From Octopus sinensis (lineage: Eukaryota): a stretch of 64,000 bases of DNA. The notes beneath the pieces were generated by a model, which was not told where the DNA came from, searched no databases, and worked only from the letters and a program-made list of their open reading frames with translations. This document shows, piece by piece, positions 26,172 through 40,670 of the stretch. Where the stretch lies: positions 91,078,001 to 91,142,000 of the forward strand of contig NC_043005.1 in the NCBI RefSeq assembly GCF_006345805.1, given 5' to 3'. The stretch's first letter is position 1, and each line of letters opens with the position of its first letter. The position numbers were made by a program, and so were the translations under genes.

Positions 26172-27536
26172 GTGTTCTCTAAAATACAAGCTAATGGTTT
26201 AGGGAATAGGAAAGCATTAGTAGACTTCCCACCAAGCAAAAATGCTATTTGGCAACTAACAACTGTACAGAGTAAAGAACTTTAGATTTATAATTTTAAA
26301 AACTTTAAATCTCTATAACAGGATAATCAAAACTTTGCAAATTCACAAATTTGTGACGCCAGCCTGAGCTTCTTTGAAATAGCAAAGACTAAGAAACTAC
26401 TTTAACAAAAGATCTTAACTCTGGAGCAATATTTTGGAAACTGCAATCACTTTCAAATAGTCCCTGGAATGTTTCAGCTTGATACAAGTATGATCCGTCG
26501 TCTCTGTTATGAGGTACACTTGTATTCCAGGCGGTTAATAAAGCAAGCCAGTTTAGAGAATGACATAGTCAAAGTGATGATCAGTCTCTGCCACAATATT
26601 TCTTCCATGGATAATCCATCTTTGTATTCAGCGAAATGGCCATTAGCATTACGGTGCAGTTTACTGAGAACATTTAAGAAATAAACTGCCATTTGAGCTG
26701 TTGAAAATGTACAAATATGACAACTCAGCGAAGTCTGGTTAAGTTTGATGGACTGTTTTGCACAAACTGAATAACTCTATATAAGCACTTGGGTGAATGA
26801 AAACAAAATTGTGAGTGTGAAAACTGTGGAATAAAACGAGGAAAATGAGTCTCATATATTAAAAGAAATTCACTACTACTGCATTTGCAAAAATACATCA
26901 GCTGCAGAAGTCTGCGCTATATAAGCACTTGGGTGTGAATGAAAGCGAAATTGTGTATGTGTGTGTGAAAACTAGGAAAATAAATATCAAGAATGTCTCG
27001 AATTTTATTAAAATACATTTTCAAATTATCTACTAAAAGCTTCATTGCTATATTTGTTGTAAATAGCATGACCGCAGAAAATGGTCTTATAATACTAAAC
27101 TAGAATGTGACAGAACTGAATGCAATAAATGGCAATACACATAACCGATTAAACTAACATAACAAAATGGATCTCCGTCGGCTTCGATGATGAGGATCCA
27201 ATTGATCGGGCAACTGAACTATCAGTTCAGTTCCACAGACGTGTATATCTTTAACATAATCCTCAGGCGAAATCAGCGTGACACCGCCCCGTATGGGATA
27301 AGGCTGTACCTTAGAATTATAGGTACAAACCAATCGAGGAGCTTCCGCACGATTTTCTCAAGATTTGTATTGACCCAAGATGCTATACTGTAGGATCAAA
27401 CCTAGATCCTCATAACTGCGAGACGAACGTCTTAACCATTCGGCCATGCTGCAAACATATACATATATAAATATATATATACACACACACACAAACACAT
27501 AAATATATATATATATAATATATATATATACGCATA

Positions 27537-27579
<43 letters not shown>

Positions 27580-30349
27580 CGTAACAAAAACTACTACTGA
27601 GTTATCACAGAACAGTTTTAAACTGCGATTATCAATGTTGCACATATAATCTTTTAGAATTTACAACAGAAATGTTATAAGTACCATTATGGAAAATGGC
27701 AGTAAAAGGAAATCAACAAATTAACCTTGAGTGCAACATTGATGTCCTCGCGAGGATATCGGTTATATTTTCAACACATAAAATATACAACTGATACAAT
27801 TGCTAATATGAAAATAAGCACGACGTATTTGATGACTGATAATTAATAACACCGTTTTATAAATACTACAAAGATAAATATTCAAGAAGAAAATAATTCT
27901 CTCTAGATGAAAAGATTAGGTAAACCGAGGGAAAAGAACAAAATACATTTGCCTTATAGGCAAAATGTTATCTGTGCCGGTCAACTTCCTGAAAGAATAC
28001 ACCACTTTCTACAAGGACGCCTAAAGTTAGTCTCCATTCTATAAAATACAGTTGGTGGCAGCCTGAAAACGTTGTAAAGCTTTTTTGCCTGCACCTAGCT
28101 TACACAGACGAACACTGGTAGAGTTTAGATAAGGCCATAGAAAGCGTGAGCAATAAGCTAAGTGTTATAGCTTGATCGAAATGAATGACACTCATAAAAT
28201 GTTTACTATATTGTATTTGCAATTGGTACAACTGAAATAAAAGTCTTATCTGTGAAACTGTATACTACAAAAGAATAGGTACTCGCAAATGCTAGAAAAT
28301 GACTGTAATTTGCAAATGTTGCTGCTTACATGCTTTCTACGAGGAACCGTTTTTGGTTGAACTGTTAAGAAAGGACAATTTAGATGCATCCTTCAAAATG
28401 ATGGTGATGATGATGATGATGACATAGAAACAAATTATAGCTTAGAAAATGGAGAGACTCCACACCAACGATATTGTCCAATGGAAAAGCAAAGACCGAT
28501 ACAACTTGAAATCACTGTCGTAAGAAGCCGGGATAAAAATCATAAGGCATTTGTACAGCATTCTAAGAATTCTACCAATTAAGAAGGAGGAAAGGCAAAA
28601 TTGGTCTCGGCTGAATTCGAATTCCCAACATAGGGGATCGGAACCAATACCACAAGGTATTTTATCCAGCACTCTATCAATTCTGCTAATCGTCCACCTT
28701 AGAAAGGTGCTTCTATTCTATTCGCCCCAGAAGGATAAAAGGAAAATTCAGTCTAGATGGTATTTGAACTCGAATCGTAAAAAAGTTGGACACAATTCAT
28801 TACTGAAGTACAAAGCAATCAATATGCGCGGAGGTGGCAGGTATGCTTAATCGTATTGACTAGATGCTAGTACTTCCCTGGTACATGTGTTATCCACCCG
28901 AGAAATATAAAACACGAAGTAAGCCAACCACGGCGCACTTTGAACACAAAAAGTAAAGAAATGCAACAGAAAATAGGAGTGTTTTAGCTGACGAATCTAT
29001 CGATTCCACAAATCCACTATCCTAAGGTCAACACCATCAATACAAATAACATCACTAACAAACTTGTTTTTATTTATTTATTCTAATATATCCTTCTCTA
29101 CTTCAGGTGAGTGCGCAAGGGTGTCAAATCTCCCTCAAATCACACACTACCACCACGAAAATGGAACGATATATTGAATAAAAGTCCTTTATAGGATTGT
29201 CATAGCTAAAATATATTTGATCATAGAACTCTTGCATTAGGGACGACCTGGGCGTTAAATAACAATAACATCGTTTCTCGTACCACAAAGCATGGGTGGA
29301 GAAACAAAGAGAAATACAAAATCATATTAACTGCGATTCAGATTTTGTACCTGAATTTGGATATCGATCGGCAAACGTGACCCAGAATATATTTTTTTTA
29401 AATGAAATACTATTAATATATATATTTAGGGGTGTCCCGTTTTCAGGGCCAACATTTTTTCTGACAGCACCATTTTGTTTTGTGTGGTGCCAGTGGATGA
29501 AGAAAAAAATGAGGTGTGAAATGAATACTGTCCGTTCATTGGACAGTATTCGTTTCATACACATTTTAAAGTGAATAACTTTACACGCGAAATAGATGCA
29601 AAAAGCGCATGTTTTATATTTCAAATGACCACACACATATGTGTATGTATGTGTATATAATTATATATATATATATACATATATAGTACAAAGTGAGATA
29701 GGGGTTATGAGTGTAACCCACTATGGGATATCAGTTACCCAATATACTGGTGGTGAAGCACCCTAAAGGCAAATACATAAATGCTTATAATTGAGATGCA
29801 ATTAATTCATTTATAAACTGGAAGATAATAATATATGGTCAGATACAGAATATTCTGTTTTTATTACGGTATTTTATACGACTTAACTTTTGCTACGAAT
29901 TTAATTGGAAAAGTGTAATAGCTAATGTATAATTGAATGTAAGGATTCGCATTATAGTAACGTTATATTTACACGGTGAATTTGATTTTTGTATCTTTCG
30001 AAAATCTCTTCCTATTTCTTTACCATAAATCTTGTCAAATGTGTAATGCATACTTTATATTTCTATCGAAAGTTTTGTCTAATTATTTTCCAACCTTTGC
30101 GAAATATATAATCCTAACGTATAATACCCATTTAGGCCACTTTCTATATATTAGGAATTAGCATAGTTTTCACTTTAAATGGTTTATAATAATATTATTA
30201 TTTTAGTTATTAGTATGTATGTGTATGTTTATATATGTATATGTGTATGTGGGTGTTTATATGTATATGTGTATATATGTATGCATATGTGTATATAGAT
30301 ATGTACGTATATATGTATGTATGTGTGTATTTATGTACATATGCATGTC

Positions 30350-30381
<32 letters not shown>

Positions 30382-31134
30382 TGTATTTATGTGCATATGC
30401 TTATCTATGTGTACGTGTGTATGTGCGCATGTATGTATGTATGTATGTGTATTTTAACCAACCAACCGTAACTAAGACAATGAAATTCAAATGTGTCAAC
30501 CAATCGGATTTATCTTGAGATTGTAAATAACCTCCCCCCTACCCCCGTAAGATTTCAAACCACTGTAATACTATATTAATAACAACGTAAGCATAGCCCG
30601 TAACGACCTATCTCTTACCTCTTGATCTGTGAACTCTACGTATGTACATGCATATATCTTTTGTATGATGTAAAAGGATAAAATCTCTTTATATATGTAT
30701 ATGTATTAGTGGATGCTTTTTGCGCATGTATGTATATGCATATGCATGGTTTTGTTACCTGTGTATATATATATGTATGCAGAATAAGACTGAAGTTTCG
30801 ATTTTGACGGTATGATATATGAATATAATGACATTTTTTGTTGAATTAATGTGCTTGCATCTTTCAGAGACATCTGTCTATATATTATGTTATACTAAAT
30901 TATACTATATTATATTATACTATATTTTATGTGGTATTTTCCATCTACTATGTATTGTGAATAGCAGAATGCACAGAATCTAATATTGGTATTATTATTA
31001 ATAATATTAATGGTTTTGGTAATGTAATGAACTTTGTACTTTGTATATGTACCCATTGATGTGGATGTATATGTATACTCCAGTATATATATTTGATTAT
31101 CTGTAGCCTTATGTGTATGTATATTATTATTATT

Positions 31135-31181
<47 letters not shown>

Positions 31182-34100
31182 TTGTGTATGTGTATTTTGT
31201 TTCATATTTATATTTGCATTTTATATTTTTATAATTGTACTTTATAATCTCTAACGAGGCCTTGAGATATATATACATAAGTAACTCATTTTTAAATGCA
31301 TATTACCTCAATACATCTGACTAATATAGGCAGAATGAGATACATTTATCTGCAGGCTGAAACAGCTGTAAGATCCATTTTATTTGTATTATTTTTATGG
31401 TATTATCTTACTTATTGATGTATATTGTTTTATTTTGTTGGATTTGGATGTTCTTATTTATGTAGTTAATAAATAATATGAATTGGTAATATCTGTAAGT
31501 CGATGATTGAAATGAATCTGTTCCTCCATTTTCTTATTTGTATATACATATATATATATCTACACACACACACACATATATATATATCCGTAAAGCTATA
31601 CACGCGGTTCAACGTTCGAGAGTTTAGTGTGTTGGACTTACCAAACTAATCTCTAAGCTGTAAATATATTATTTAAATAGGAAAAAAATGTAATGGTTTT
31701 TCTAGAATAATCTATAAACGATTAGGAAGTTAGACAACATTTTTCATAATATGCCCGTTAATCATAGAGAAAGGATAAATATGATTACATAAAGCAGCAT
31801 CAACATACATACATATGTCTACCTATATCAAGAAAATTCATCAATACATATGTATGGGTGAATGTGTATGCATGTATGAGTAAATCTAATCCGTTATCCG
31901 GTTTAACGCAATTGTCTAGCAACTTAGATGCTTCAGGGGCGTTCACTCTGTTGTAAGCATTAGGGCCAGTTCCTCCGGTTTGAGGCTATTTTCCCTCGCC
32001 CCACCTCCCGTCATTCCCCGAGGAGGTTCTATACAGTCAGGGACACAACTTTCTGTCCTGACTAAAGTTATATATTATGTCATATATTATACTTTGAACA
32101 AAATCTAAAGGGAATGATTTATATGAAGTCTGTTTTCTAAACAGAACACATAAAATTATAAAACATCAAAAGAATTTTATGGAGATGCTTCTGTAGTTAC
32201 AAAACCTAAATAACAAATCAGTCATTGGTTTTAAAAAAAATAAACCAACTTTCCCAAGCCATAACACCGGGTTCGAGAAAAAGATTAATGTAATAAGAAA
32301 AAATATCAGTAATATTAGTGAGTATTAATTTGTAAATCGAACTCGAATATTAACTGAAAATAGACAAGGATAATTAATGTTAAATTATTACTATATTTGT
32401 TGGAAGTTGATCACCATAGAAAGGTATTTAAATTGCAAAATTTAGAAATACTTCGGACAGGACGAATTCTTTCATAAGAACAAACAGAGATTCAAATTTG
32501 AACGATTTGGTTGGAAGTTTCTGGAAGAACAGAGAATTAGACGTTGGTGGGTTATACCCACGAATAAACTTCGGTCGCTTACTTCAGTGCAGGATGGCAA
32601 GAAATCGCAGAAGTAATTAAGTGGTGCTAGCTTTATAAAGGAAATGAGAAAACATCAGAACTGTATTAAAGTAATACCTTGGGTTACCTTATTCATATCT
32701 GGTCGGTTATATAAAGGAATAACTCACCTACTTCTACTGAAATCAGAACAACCGTCTGACTAGTCTGTACAAGAGGTTTACTTTAATTACAGTATGCAAC
32801 ACAAATGCATATCAAATTATTACTATATTTGTTGGAACTTGATCACCATAGAAGGTATTTAAATTGCAAAATTCTAACGAAAATACAATTAATTACAAAA
32901 TTAGGAGAACGGAAAGGTACCAAAACGTTAAGATACTTCAACAATGAAATCATCTGACAACTTTCTATACTCTTGGTCCTTTGAATTGTTCAAGCAATAT
33001 ACGGCGAATGAAAATTAGCATTTCTTCCGAAAAAGAAAGAAAGAAAGCTAGAGTAGCATTTTTAACTCTACGATGTAGTCCTGGAATCAATAAATTCTAA
33101 GGTGACTTACCTTTATTGCTTCTTTCCTGCATCAGCGCCAGCTTCAGTAAGTAACTTCTTAAATAGTTCAGCAAGATTTAAGAAGAGGAACAACAGTGTT
33201 GATCATAAAATCAAAGCATTGCTTTGTATATATTGACTGACCTGCGATTATATCGTACATTCAAAAATGAGTTTACAAGAACATTAGACTAAAATTTATT
33301 TTCAGAAAGGGTACGAAGAGTACCATGCCGAAACAAAAACTAATCGTAGCTGAATCCACCGAACTGAATGAAAATTACATTATTATGGAATTGGAAATAC
33401 CTTGCAGAAATACATCTGACTATAGATAAGATGGCACTCATTCAAACACGAAGGACTAGTACGAGAAAGTTTAGAAAGGCCGAGAATGAATCTTTAAAAA
33501 GGTAAATTTCTTACAAAAAAAACATAATAAATAAATAAATCTCATGAACAATTTTACAATCTCGACAACAGTGGAATAAAACAGATACGAGTAGGATGGC
33601 TTGCAAAACACGAAATTAACTCCATCCACTGAAAGCACAAGACTATGTCATAGCCAAAAATAAATGAATAAATAAAAATTAAAAAAAACTGGTAATAGAA
33701 ATTTCTAAGGTTAACAATAAACCAAAAAGCATGCTATACGGAGGAAAGTCTAATGAGACATTTAACTACATTGCTGCTGAATATTCATTGTTCGCCAAAT
33801 TAAAAAAAAAAAAACTTCAAAATATTCAAAGAAGTTGTATAATGGACCTACTGTGAAATATCTAAGGTTTACTTTAAGAAAAAGGACGACTTATAATGAA
33901 TATGACTATTCTACAGAATACTCATATATTTATAGAGGGTAAAAGAACCGACGTTGTTATGAATGACTGCAGGCAAAAATCTACTAACAAGTAGATGTTA
34001 CTGCATTATCTAAAAGAAAACCTATTATTAGAAGCTATTAACAATTATAAAAGTAAAATACGCACCACAGTTATATCTGTAAAGAATATGAAGAGTAAAA

Positions 34101-34947
34101 GTTTTCAACAATTCCGTTTAAAATAGAGGCACATTATAATTTTGGGTTGGATTTGAATACGAGTTAAGTATGTAAAGTGATTATGTATTCAAACTTAAAT
34201 TTTACAGCCAATATCTTTAATAACAAAAACAAAGTAATAAAACAATAGTTCGTAATTTGTTCTCTTTATCCAGAGCAATGGCTCTAAATCTCATCTCATA
34301 TTTAACAGCCTATGTGCCTTACTTCTGGTATAACAAGGCTAGCCAGAACAACGCAACAATAACAACAGCAACCAGAAAAATTGTAACAATAATAGTAACG
34401 ACAACCAGGATGGATATAGTCGATATACCTTAGTATTTGATTGATATTTCATATTATCAAGTCCCGTAGAGGAAAGGCAAAATCGACCTCGGTGACATTT
34501 GAACTCAAAACTCAGGGGTTCGTATTTTCATACCGTAAGGTACTCTGAATTATCTTCTGCATATCTACCATCCATTGCCATTAATGATTTTTTTTAAACA
34601 TTTCTAACAAAAGGCCACAAATTTTGCAGGGAGAGATATAAGTTAATGATATCGACCCCAGTACATAACTGGTAATTCATATTATTATTCACCCCGGAGT
34701 GATGAAAGGCAAAGTTGAATACGACAGGATTTTAAATCAGTAGGCAAAGGACTGTAACTAAATACTGAAAGGTATTAAATTGTTGTTATTTTGTCGATCC
34801 CACCGAGATCAGAACTCAGAATATAAAAGATCAGCAATAGTAAGGAGGAGGAAGATAGAACTACTTGTACATAAAATGTGAAAAGGCTAAAGTGTAAGCC
34901 AAAACTTGGGCTACAGAATACCATGCTAGGTGGAAAGGAAAGCTCCT

Positions 34948-35358
34948 GGATCTTTTCGGTTTGAACGGCAGTTTTTTCTAGCGGTGTCATATGAAATTGT
35001 CACCCATAATTATGACCCTAGTATCGATCTATTGCATTTCAATCTGTTTTAGGGTTAGGGGTGTGGGAAGGGTATCTTTTTTTCTTCACAAATGTAAATA
35101 AGCCCAATCTGTTTCTTAAACGAGGGACATATTCATACGGCACATAATGTATTTTACCTCAATGGACGTCACTGACTGGTTGAAATTGCAGAAATTGAAG
35201 AAAAGATAACAACAAATATCTTACAAACTATAGAATTTTCTCAATAAAGCCAAGAGAAAAAGATGTTTTATAAACACATTCTACCAGTATACGAAGTTTA
35301 AAATTTTTTAGTTACCTAGAAATTATGTTAAAGACTGCCGTTCAAACTGAAAAGATCC
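34948..35358. mobile_element. 411-bp MITE with ~25-bp TIRs and 8-bp target-site duplication
   Basis: TIR GGATCTTTTCGGTTTGAACGGCAGT / ACTGCCGTTCAAACTGAAAAGATCC (1 mismatch); AAGCTCCT at 34940-34947 and 35359-35366. Confidence 0.93.
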
Positions 35359-35889
35359 AAGCTCCTACCTGGCCAGTACCTGAAAGAAGTTGAGCAGGCA
35401 AGAAATAGCCAACGAAAAAATCGTAACTCTAGCTGAGAAACGCATCTCTCAAAGCTAAGACTGCGGTACAGGTTCAAAGTCTTCTCACTAGAAACTACCA
35501 AAAGCATGCAATGAAGTAGAATCTCTTTTTTTAAGTTCAGTGCCGTTGTTTCAATGAAACAATTGACCACATTGTCTTTGGCTGGTCAGTCTTTGCTAAG
35601 AAAGAATACATCAACCGGCATGACAGAGATGGCACCCACACATACGGGAAACCATGAAGCATTGCATTACAAATAAGACTATTAGTAGTAGTAGTAGTAG
35701 TAGTAGTAGTTCCAAATTTTGGCGCAAATCCAGCAATTTTAGTGGGAAGAGGTTACTTGACTGGTACTTTATTTTATCGACCCCCGACAGGATGAAAGGA
35801 AAAGCTGACCTTGATGGGATTTGAACTCAAATAACAAGAACGATAATAACAACTGCAACAACAGCAACAACAATAATAATAATCATCCT

Positions 35890-36290
35890 TTCTACTAAAG
35901 CACAAGAGCCTGAAATTTGGGGGAGGGGTCTAGTCGATTGCATCGACCCCAGTGCGTAATTAGTGCTTAAATTATCGACCCCGAAAGGATTAAAGGCAAA
36001 GTCGACCTCGGCGGAATTTGAATTCAGAACGTAGCGAGGGGTGAAATACCTATTTCTATTTCTTTACTACTCACAAGGGGCTAAACACAGAAGGAACAAA
36101 CAAGGACAGACAAACGGATTAAGTCGATTAGATCGACCCCAGTGGGTAACTGGTACTTATTTAATCGACCCCGAAAGTATGAAAGGCAAAGTCGACCTCG
36201 GCAGAATTTGAACTCAGAACGTAGCGGCAGACGAGATACCGCTAAGCATTTCGCCCGGCGTTCTAACGATTCTGCCAGCTCACCGCCTTA
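35890..36290 (-). mobile_element. Same SINE family, two-core form
   Basis: Same architecture as 24188-24570. Single-core copies or fragments at ~21290-21500, ~34400-34740, ~37440-37580, ~55500-55660 and ~57180-57380. Confidence 0.88.
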
Positions 36291-36386
36291 ATAATAATGA
36301 CAATAATAATAGTAATAATAATAATAATACCACCAACAATAACAACAACAAACAATAACAACAACAATAATAATAACAACAATTAC

Positions 36387-36464
<78 letters not shown>

Positions 36465-36467
36465 CAG

Positions 36468-36850
36468 GTGCAGGAGTGGCTGTGTGGTAAGTAGCTTGCT
36501 TGCCAACCACATGGTTGCGGGTTCAGTCCCACTGCGTGGCACCTTGGGCAAGTGTCTTCTACTATAGCCTCGGCCCGACCAAAGCCTTGTGAGTGGATTT
36601 GGTAGACGGAAACTGAAAGAAGCCCGTCGTATATATGTATATATATGTATGTGTGATTGTGTGTCTGTGTTTGTCCCCGCCAACATCGCTTGACAACCGA
36701 TGCTGGTATGTTTACTTAGCGGTTCGGATAAAGAAACCGATAGAATAAGTACTAGGCTTACAAAGAATAAGTCCTGGGGGTCGATTTGCTCGACTAAAGG
36801 CGGTGCTTCAGCATGGCCGCAGTCAAATGACTGAAACAAGTAAAAGAGTA
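36468..36850 (+). mobile_element. Full-length copy of the same SINE, inserted within (ATT)n
   Basis: Colinear with 14565-14961. Confidence 0.9.
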
Positions 36851-39790
36851 TCATTATTATTATTATTATTTATTAACATTAAGCTAGTTGATACATTAAA
36901 GACATTTAGTTCTTTAAGGCATGTATCTACCATCCATTTGTAAAAGTGGTACACAGCCATCTTAGTAAGTATGTTGACAATTAGCCGAGAACTTTCGGCA
37001 CCTTGAATAACGTTGAATATCAAGGTAGCCTTAAAAACTTTCGAGAATTTCTTTTACATAAAACTCTTTTGCTACACTTTCGAAAGTTTTGGTAACTTTG
37101 AATCAACATCCAAGTTGTTGTTATTGATGATGATGATGATGATGGGGGAGAATGGGGAGAAGGAAGCAAAGGAGAGGGGCATGTTATTCCGATTGGCATA
37201 AAATATTTCCAAAAAATACCCAAAGTAGGTTCAGTAAACAATTTTTTAGGGAATTGTCACACAGCCATATGTTAGCATTGAGCAATTTTCATTCTTACCG
37301 TCAGCATTTTACTAACTCCGAAAATTTTTATCAGTTTTGAACATTTGTGTCAACTTTCAACATATTTGTTAACGGTGGATATCCTAGGAAACTTTGAACA
37401 CTTTCGCTAATCTTGGTTTCGAATTTTGGCACGGGAAAGGGACAAGTTGATTGCATCTTATTTTATGGACCCCACAAGGAGGAAAGGCAAAATCGATCTC
37501 GGCAGAATTTTAACTCAGAACGTAAAGATGGACGAAATGCCGTCTAAGAGTTTTTGCCAGGCAAACCAGTTCGCCGCCTTCGCTTTCGCTAATCTTGCAA
37601 AAGGTTTCGTAACTTTCTTTTTTTGATGATGATGATTTTTAAGTTTAAGTTAAGTTAATTTTTTGGCTCAAAAAGCAAAAAGCAAGGCCATGTAGGATGA
37701 TGATGATGAGGAGGAGGAGGAGGAGGTGGAGGAGGTGGAAGAGGAATAGGATGGGTGGTAGTAGTGGTGGTGGTAGTGGTGGTAGTAGTAGTAGTACTGG
37801 AGGGGGACGGGGAGGAGAGAAGGTAGTGGTGGTGGAGGAGGAGGAGGAGGAGGAGGGGGAGGTGGTGGTGGAGGAGGAGGAGGGGGAAGGTCGAGGAAGA
37901 GGTGGGGAAGAGGGGAGGAGGGGGAAGAGGAAGAGGAGGAGGAGGAAGAGGAGAGGGAATGATTGTTTGATAGTTTCTCTTACAAAGGATATTACTGGTA
38001 TAGCAAAAGAGGGCGCAGCGAGTGTTATTTGGGTTTGATTCACCGTGAAAAAACCGCCAACGACACTGCAGGTCTGTGACGTAAACAGAAGACGATAAAT
38101 GCATTAACAGAGCCTACGTTTGGAATTGCATAACGTCCGTGCATTCCTTCAAAGGGTTTCCAGTTGCGCAAAGAGTGAAATGGCTACAATCAGGAATCAA
38201 AATTGACGCGGTGGGGGACAGTTTAATTTTCTTCTTTGTCTTTTTTGTCCTATAGAGCATGAGGTTGATTTAACTCAGGTATTTAACTGGTACTTATTTC
38301 ATCGACTTCAGAAGAATGAAAATCAAAGACGACAAAATAAAATATTCTTCAACCTTAAATATATTTCTTAACCCTCAACATCTCATTAGTCTTAACATTT
38401 TAATTAACCAAAACTATTTTCGTTAATCTCCAAAGCTTCTATAAAATCTACCTAAAAATGTGTCTAATTCTTGTTATAAGAAATGAAACTTGATGTGTTT
38501 CTTAATTAGCAAATAATAACAGTAACGAAGGAATAAAAAATAATTAATTATACGAAATGTGCGTGTGTGTGTCAGATAAAAGGGGATAACTGAATCGAAG
38601 ATGGATCCTCCCCAGCACTCCAGAGAATACCAGCTAACAGGTTGTATATAGTAGACAGTTTATCTTAAACAAAGCCGTCCATACAAATTGGAAATCCTGG
38701 CCTAATAGATTAGGTATACTACATTAAGTTGAATAGCGAATGTAGTTCACTCTGGTATTAGAATGAATTCTTTAGCTATGAGCGTTTCGATTCTACATGG
38801 TACATAGAATTCCATGAATAATACACTAAAGATCTATACTGATATCTATACGGATATCTAGTCAGAAAGATAGCCAGCAGAAAGATAGCATGGCTACACC
38901 GCTAGAAGCTAAGTAATGAATGGGGTGGGGGGAGGTGTCAAGATTGTTCTGTGATATTAAGAGCTGAGGAGGAAGTGATGATGATGACGATACAGACGGC
39001 GGCAAAGAGGAAGAAGAAGAAGAAGAAGAAGAAGAAGAGAAGAAGAAGAAGAAGAAGAAGAAGAAGAAGAGAAGAAGAAGAGAAGAAGAAGAAGAAGATA
39101 ATGAAGGAGATAATAAAAAATACACTTGATGGCAGTGGTCCTGAAAATGGTGATCGCTGTGGCACCAGTATTCCTGAAGTGAAAGATCAAAATGGAAATA
39201 GAAGCATCCCTTTCATCGTCACTGCTTCCGTCTCCGTGTTCAACATCCATCGCCACCCGTTAATCACTGGTACCACTCGCGCCGTATTCACTGCCATTAA
39301 AATCAACAACCATTTTACTGTATCTTTCATCATCACCAACAATACAATCATCATCATCATCATCATCGACATGAATGCATTCATCACAACCATGGCCCCC
39401 TCCTCCCTTTTACCATATTACATTCCCATCTTCTCATCCACCAACTTGCCCCAACTGGTATATCTATCGTTTTGTCTTATACATCATATAAAGAGCTCTC
39501 CTTTATTTACTGCTTCTGTCTCTAACATGGTTCCAGCCGAAACGAAATCTATTTTGTCAAATTTGTTTTCTATAAAACACGCACAGAGACACACAAGCAT
39601 AAAGGCACATGCACACACAAACACACACACACACACAAACACACTTAGTCACAAACATATATACACACTCCCTCTCTCACATATACACTCACGCATACAC
39701 AAACACACACACATATATGTGCATGTGCTTGCGTACGTGTGTATTGCAAACAGAAGAATTAAAGAATGAATGGAAGATAGATTTCGATGG

Positions 39791-39829
<39 letters not shown>

Positions 39830-40670
39830 CATATATATACACAACTTTGTATGTATGTATGTATGTATGTATGTATGTATGTATGTATGTATGTACGTAT
39901 GTATGTATGTGCGTGTGTGTGTGAGTACAGGCACAGAGATAGATAGATAGATGTGGAGAAATCAGTTGCTAACCCAGTGGGTAGCACATTATAACTGGTG
40001 TAATATAACTACACCCTCACCCACCCCTCACACCACCACAATCCTCCAATCTCATAAAGACTAGCAAAAAAGCGTATGCCGTTTGCTGTTTAGCTGTTTT
40101 ACAAGTTCGTGCAAATAGCAGTTCTTTAGAAAATATATATTTATATCTAGGGATAGAAGGAATTAGAGAGAAAGAAAATGCTCAATTAAAATGTCCTAAA
40201 AAAATCTAGCTTAAATGCTAACTTAAGCTGAACTTTGCAAAACATTAAAATTTTCTTGTAATTAATTGAGCATTAAATTATTTTCGAGCTAAGAATACAT
40301 CTGCATACTTAAATTGGATGTGATTTTAGACATAAAACAATAGGAATCAAAGCCACAACTCTTAGTAAACGTTTGAATAAATTGGAGTACTATGGGTATC
40401 ATTGGGCAATGTTCCAATGTGTTTAAAAAGCGCGTGGGTTTGTTTCCCAATAAATATTTGTTTTAGTGTGTTTTGGCTTTGTTGTCAACATTCAGTTTAA
40501 ATATACAAAATTGTATTTAAATCATTATAATCATTTCTTTTACTGCTGTTTTTCGTTTATCTTTTTTTAAATCATTTTCAGTTTTGCATTTATCTTTCCC
40601 TCTGTGTTTCTGTTTTCTTCTTCCTATTTTGTTGGCACCAAAAAAAAAAAGAAAAAAGAAAAATCCATTT

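Noticed and set aside
31646-33155. Series of minus-strand micro-exon candidates (LAPLNYFCDFLPSCTE, KLPTKSFKFESLF..., SYLLKLALMQERSNK)
   Set aside because: Phases are incompatible when chained and no protein family is recognised; kept only as a low-interest region.
37645-39769. Poly-Pro/Glu/Ser/Arg ORFs (e.g. 38951-39769, 272 aa)
   Set aside because: Produced by GAG/GAA/CAT trinucleotide tracts; no domain content or splice support.
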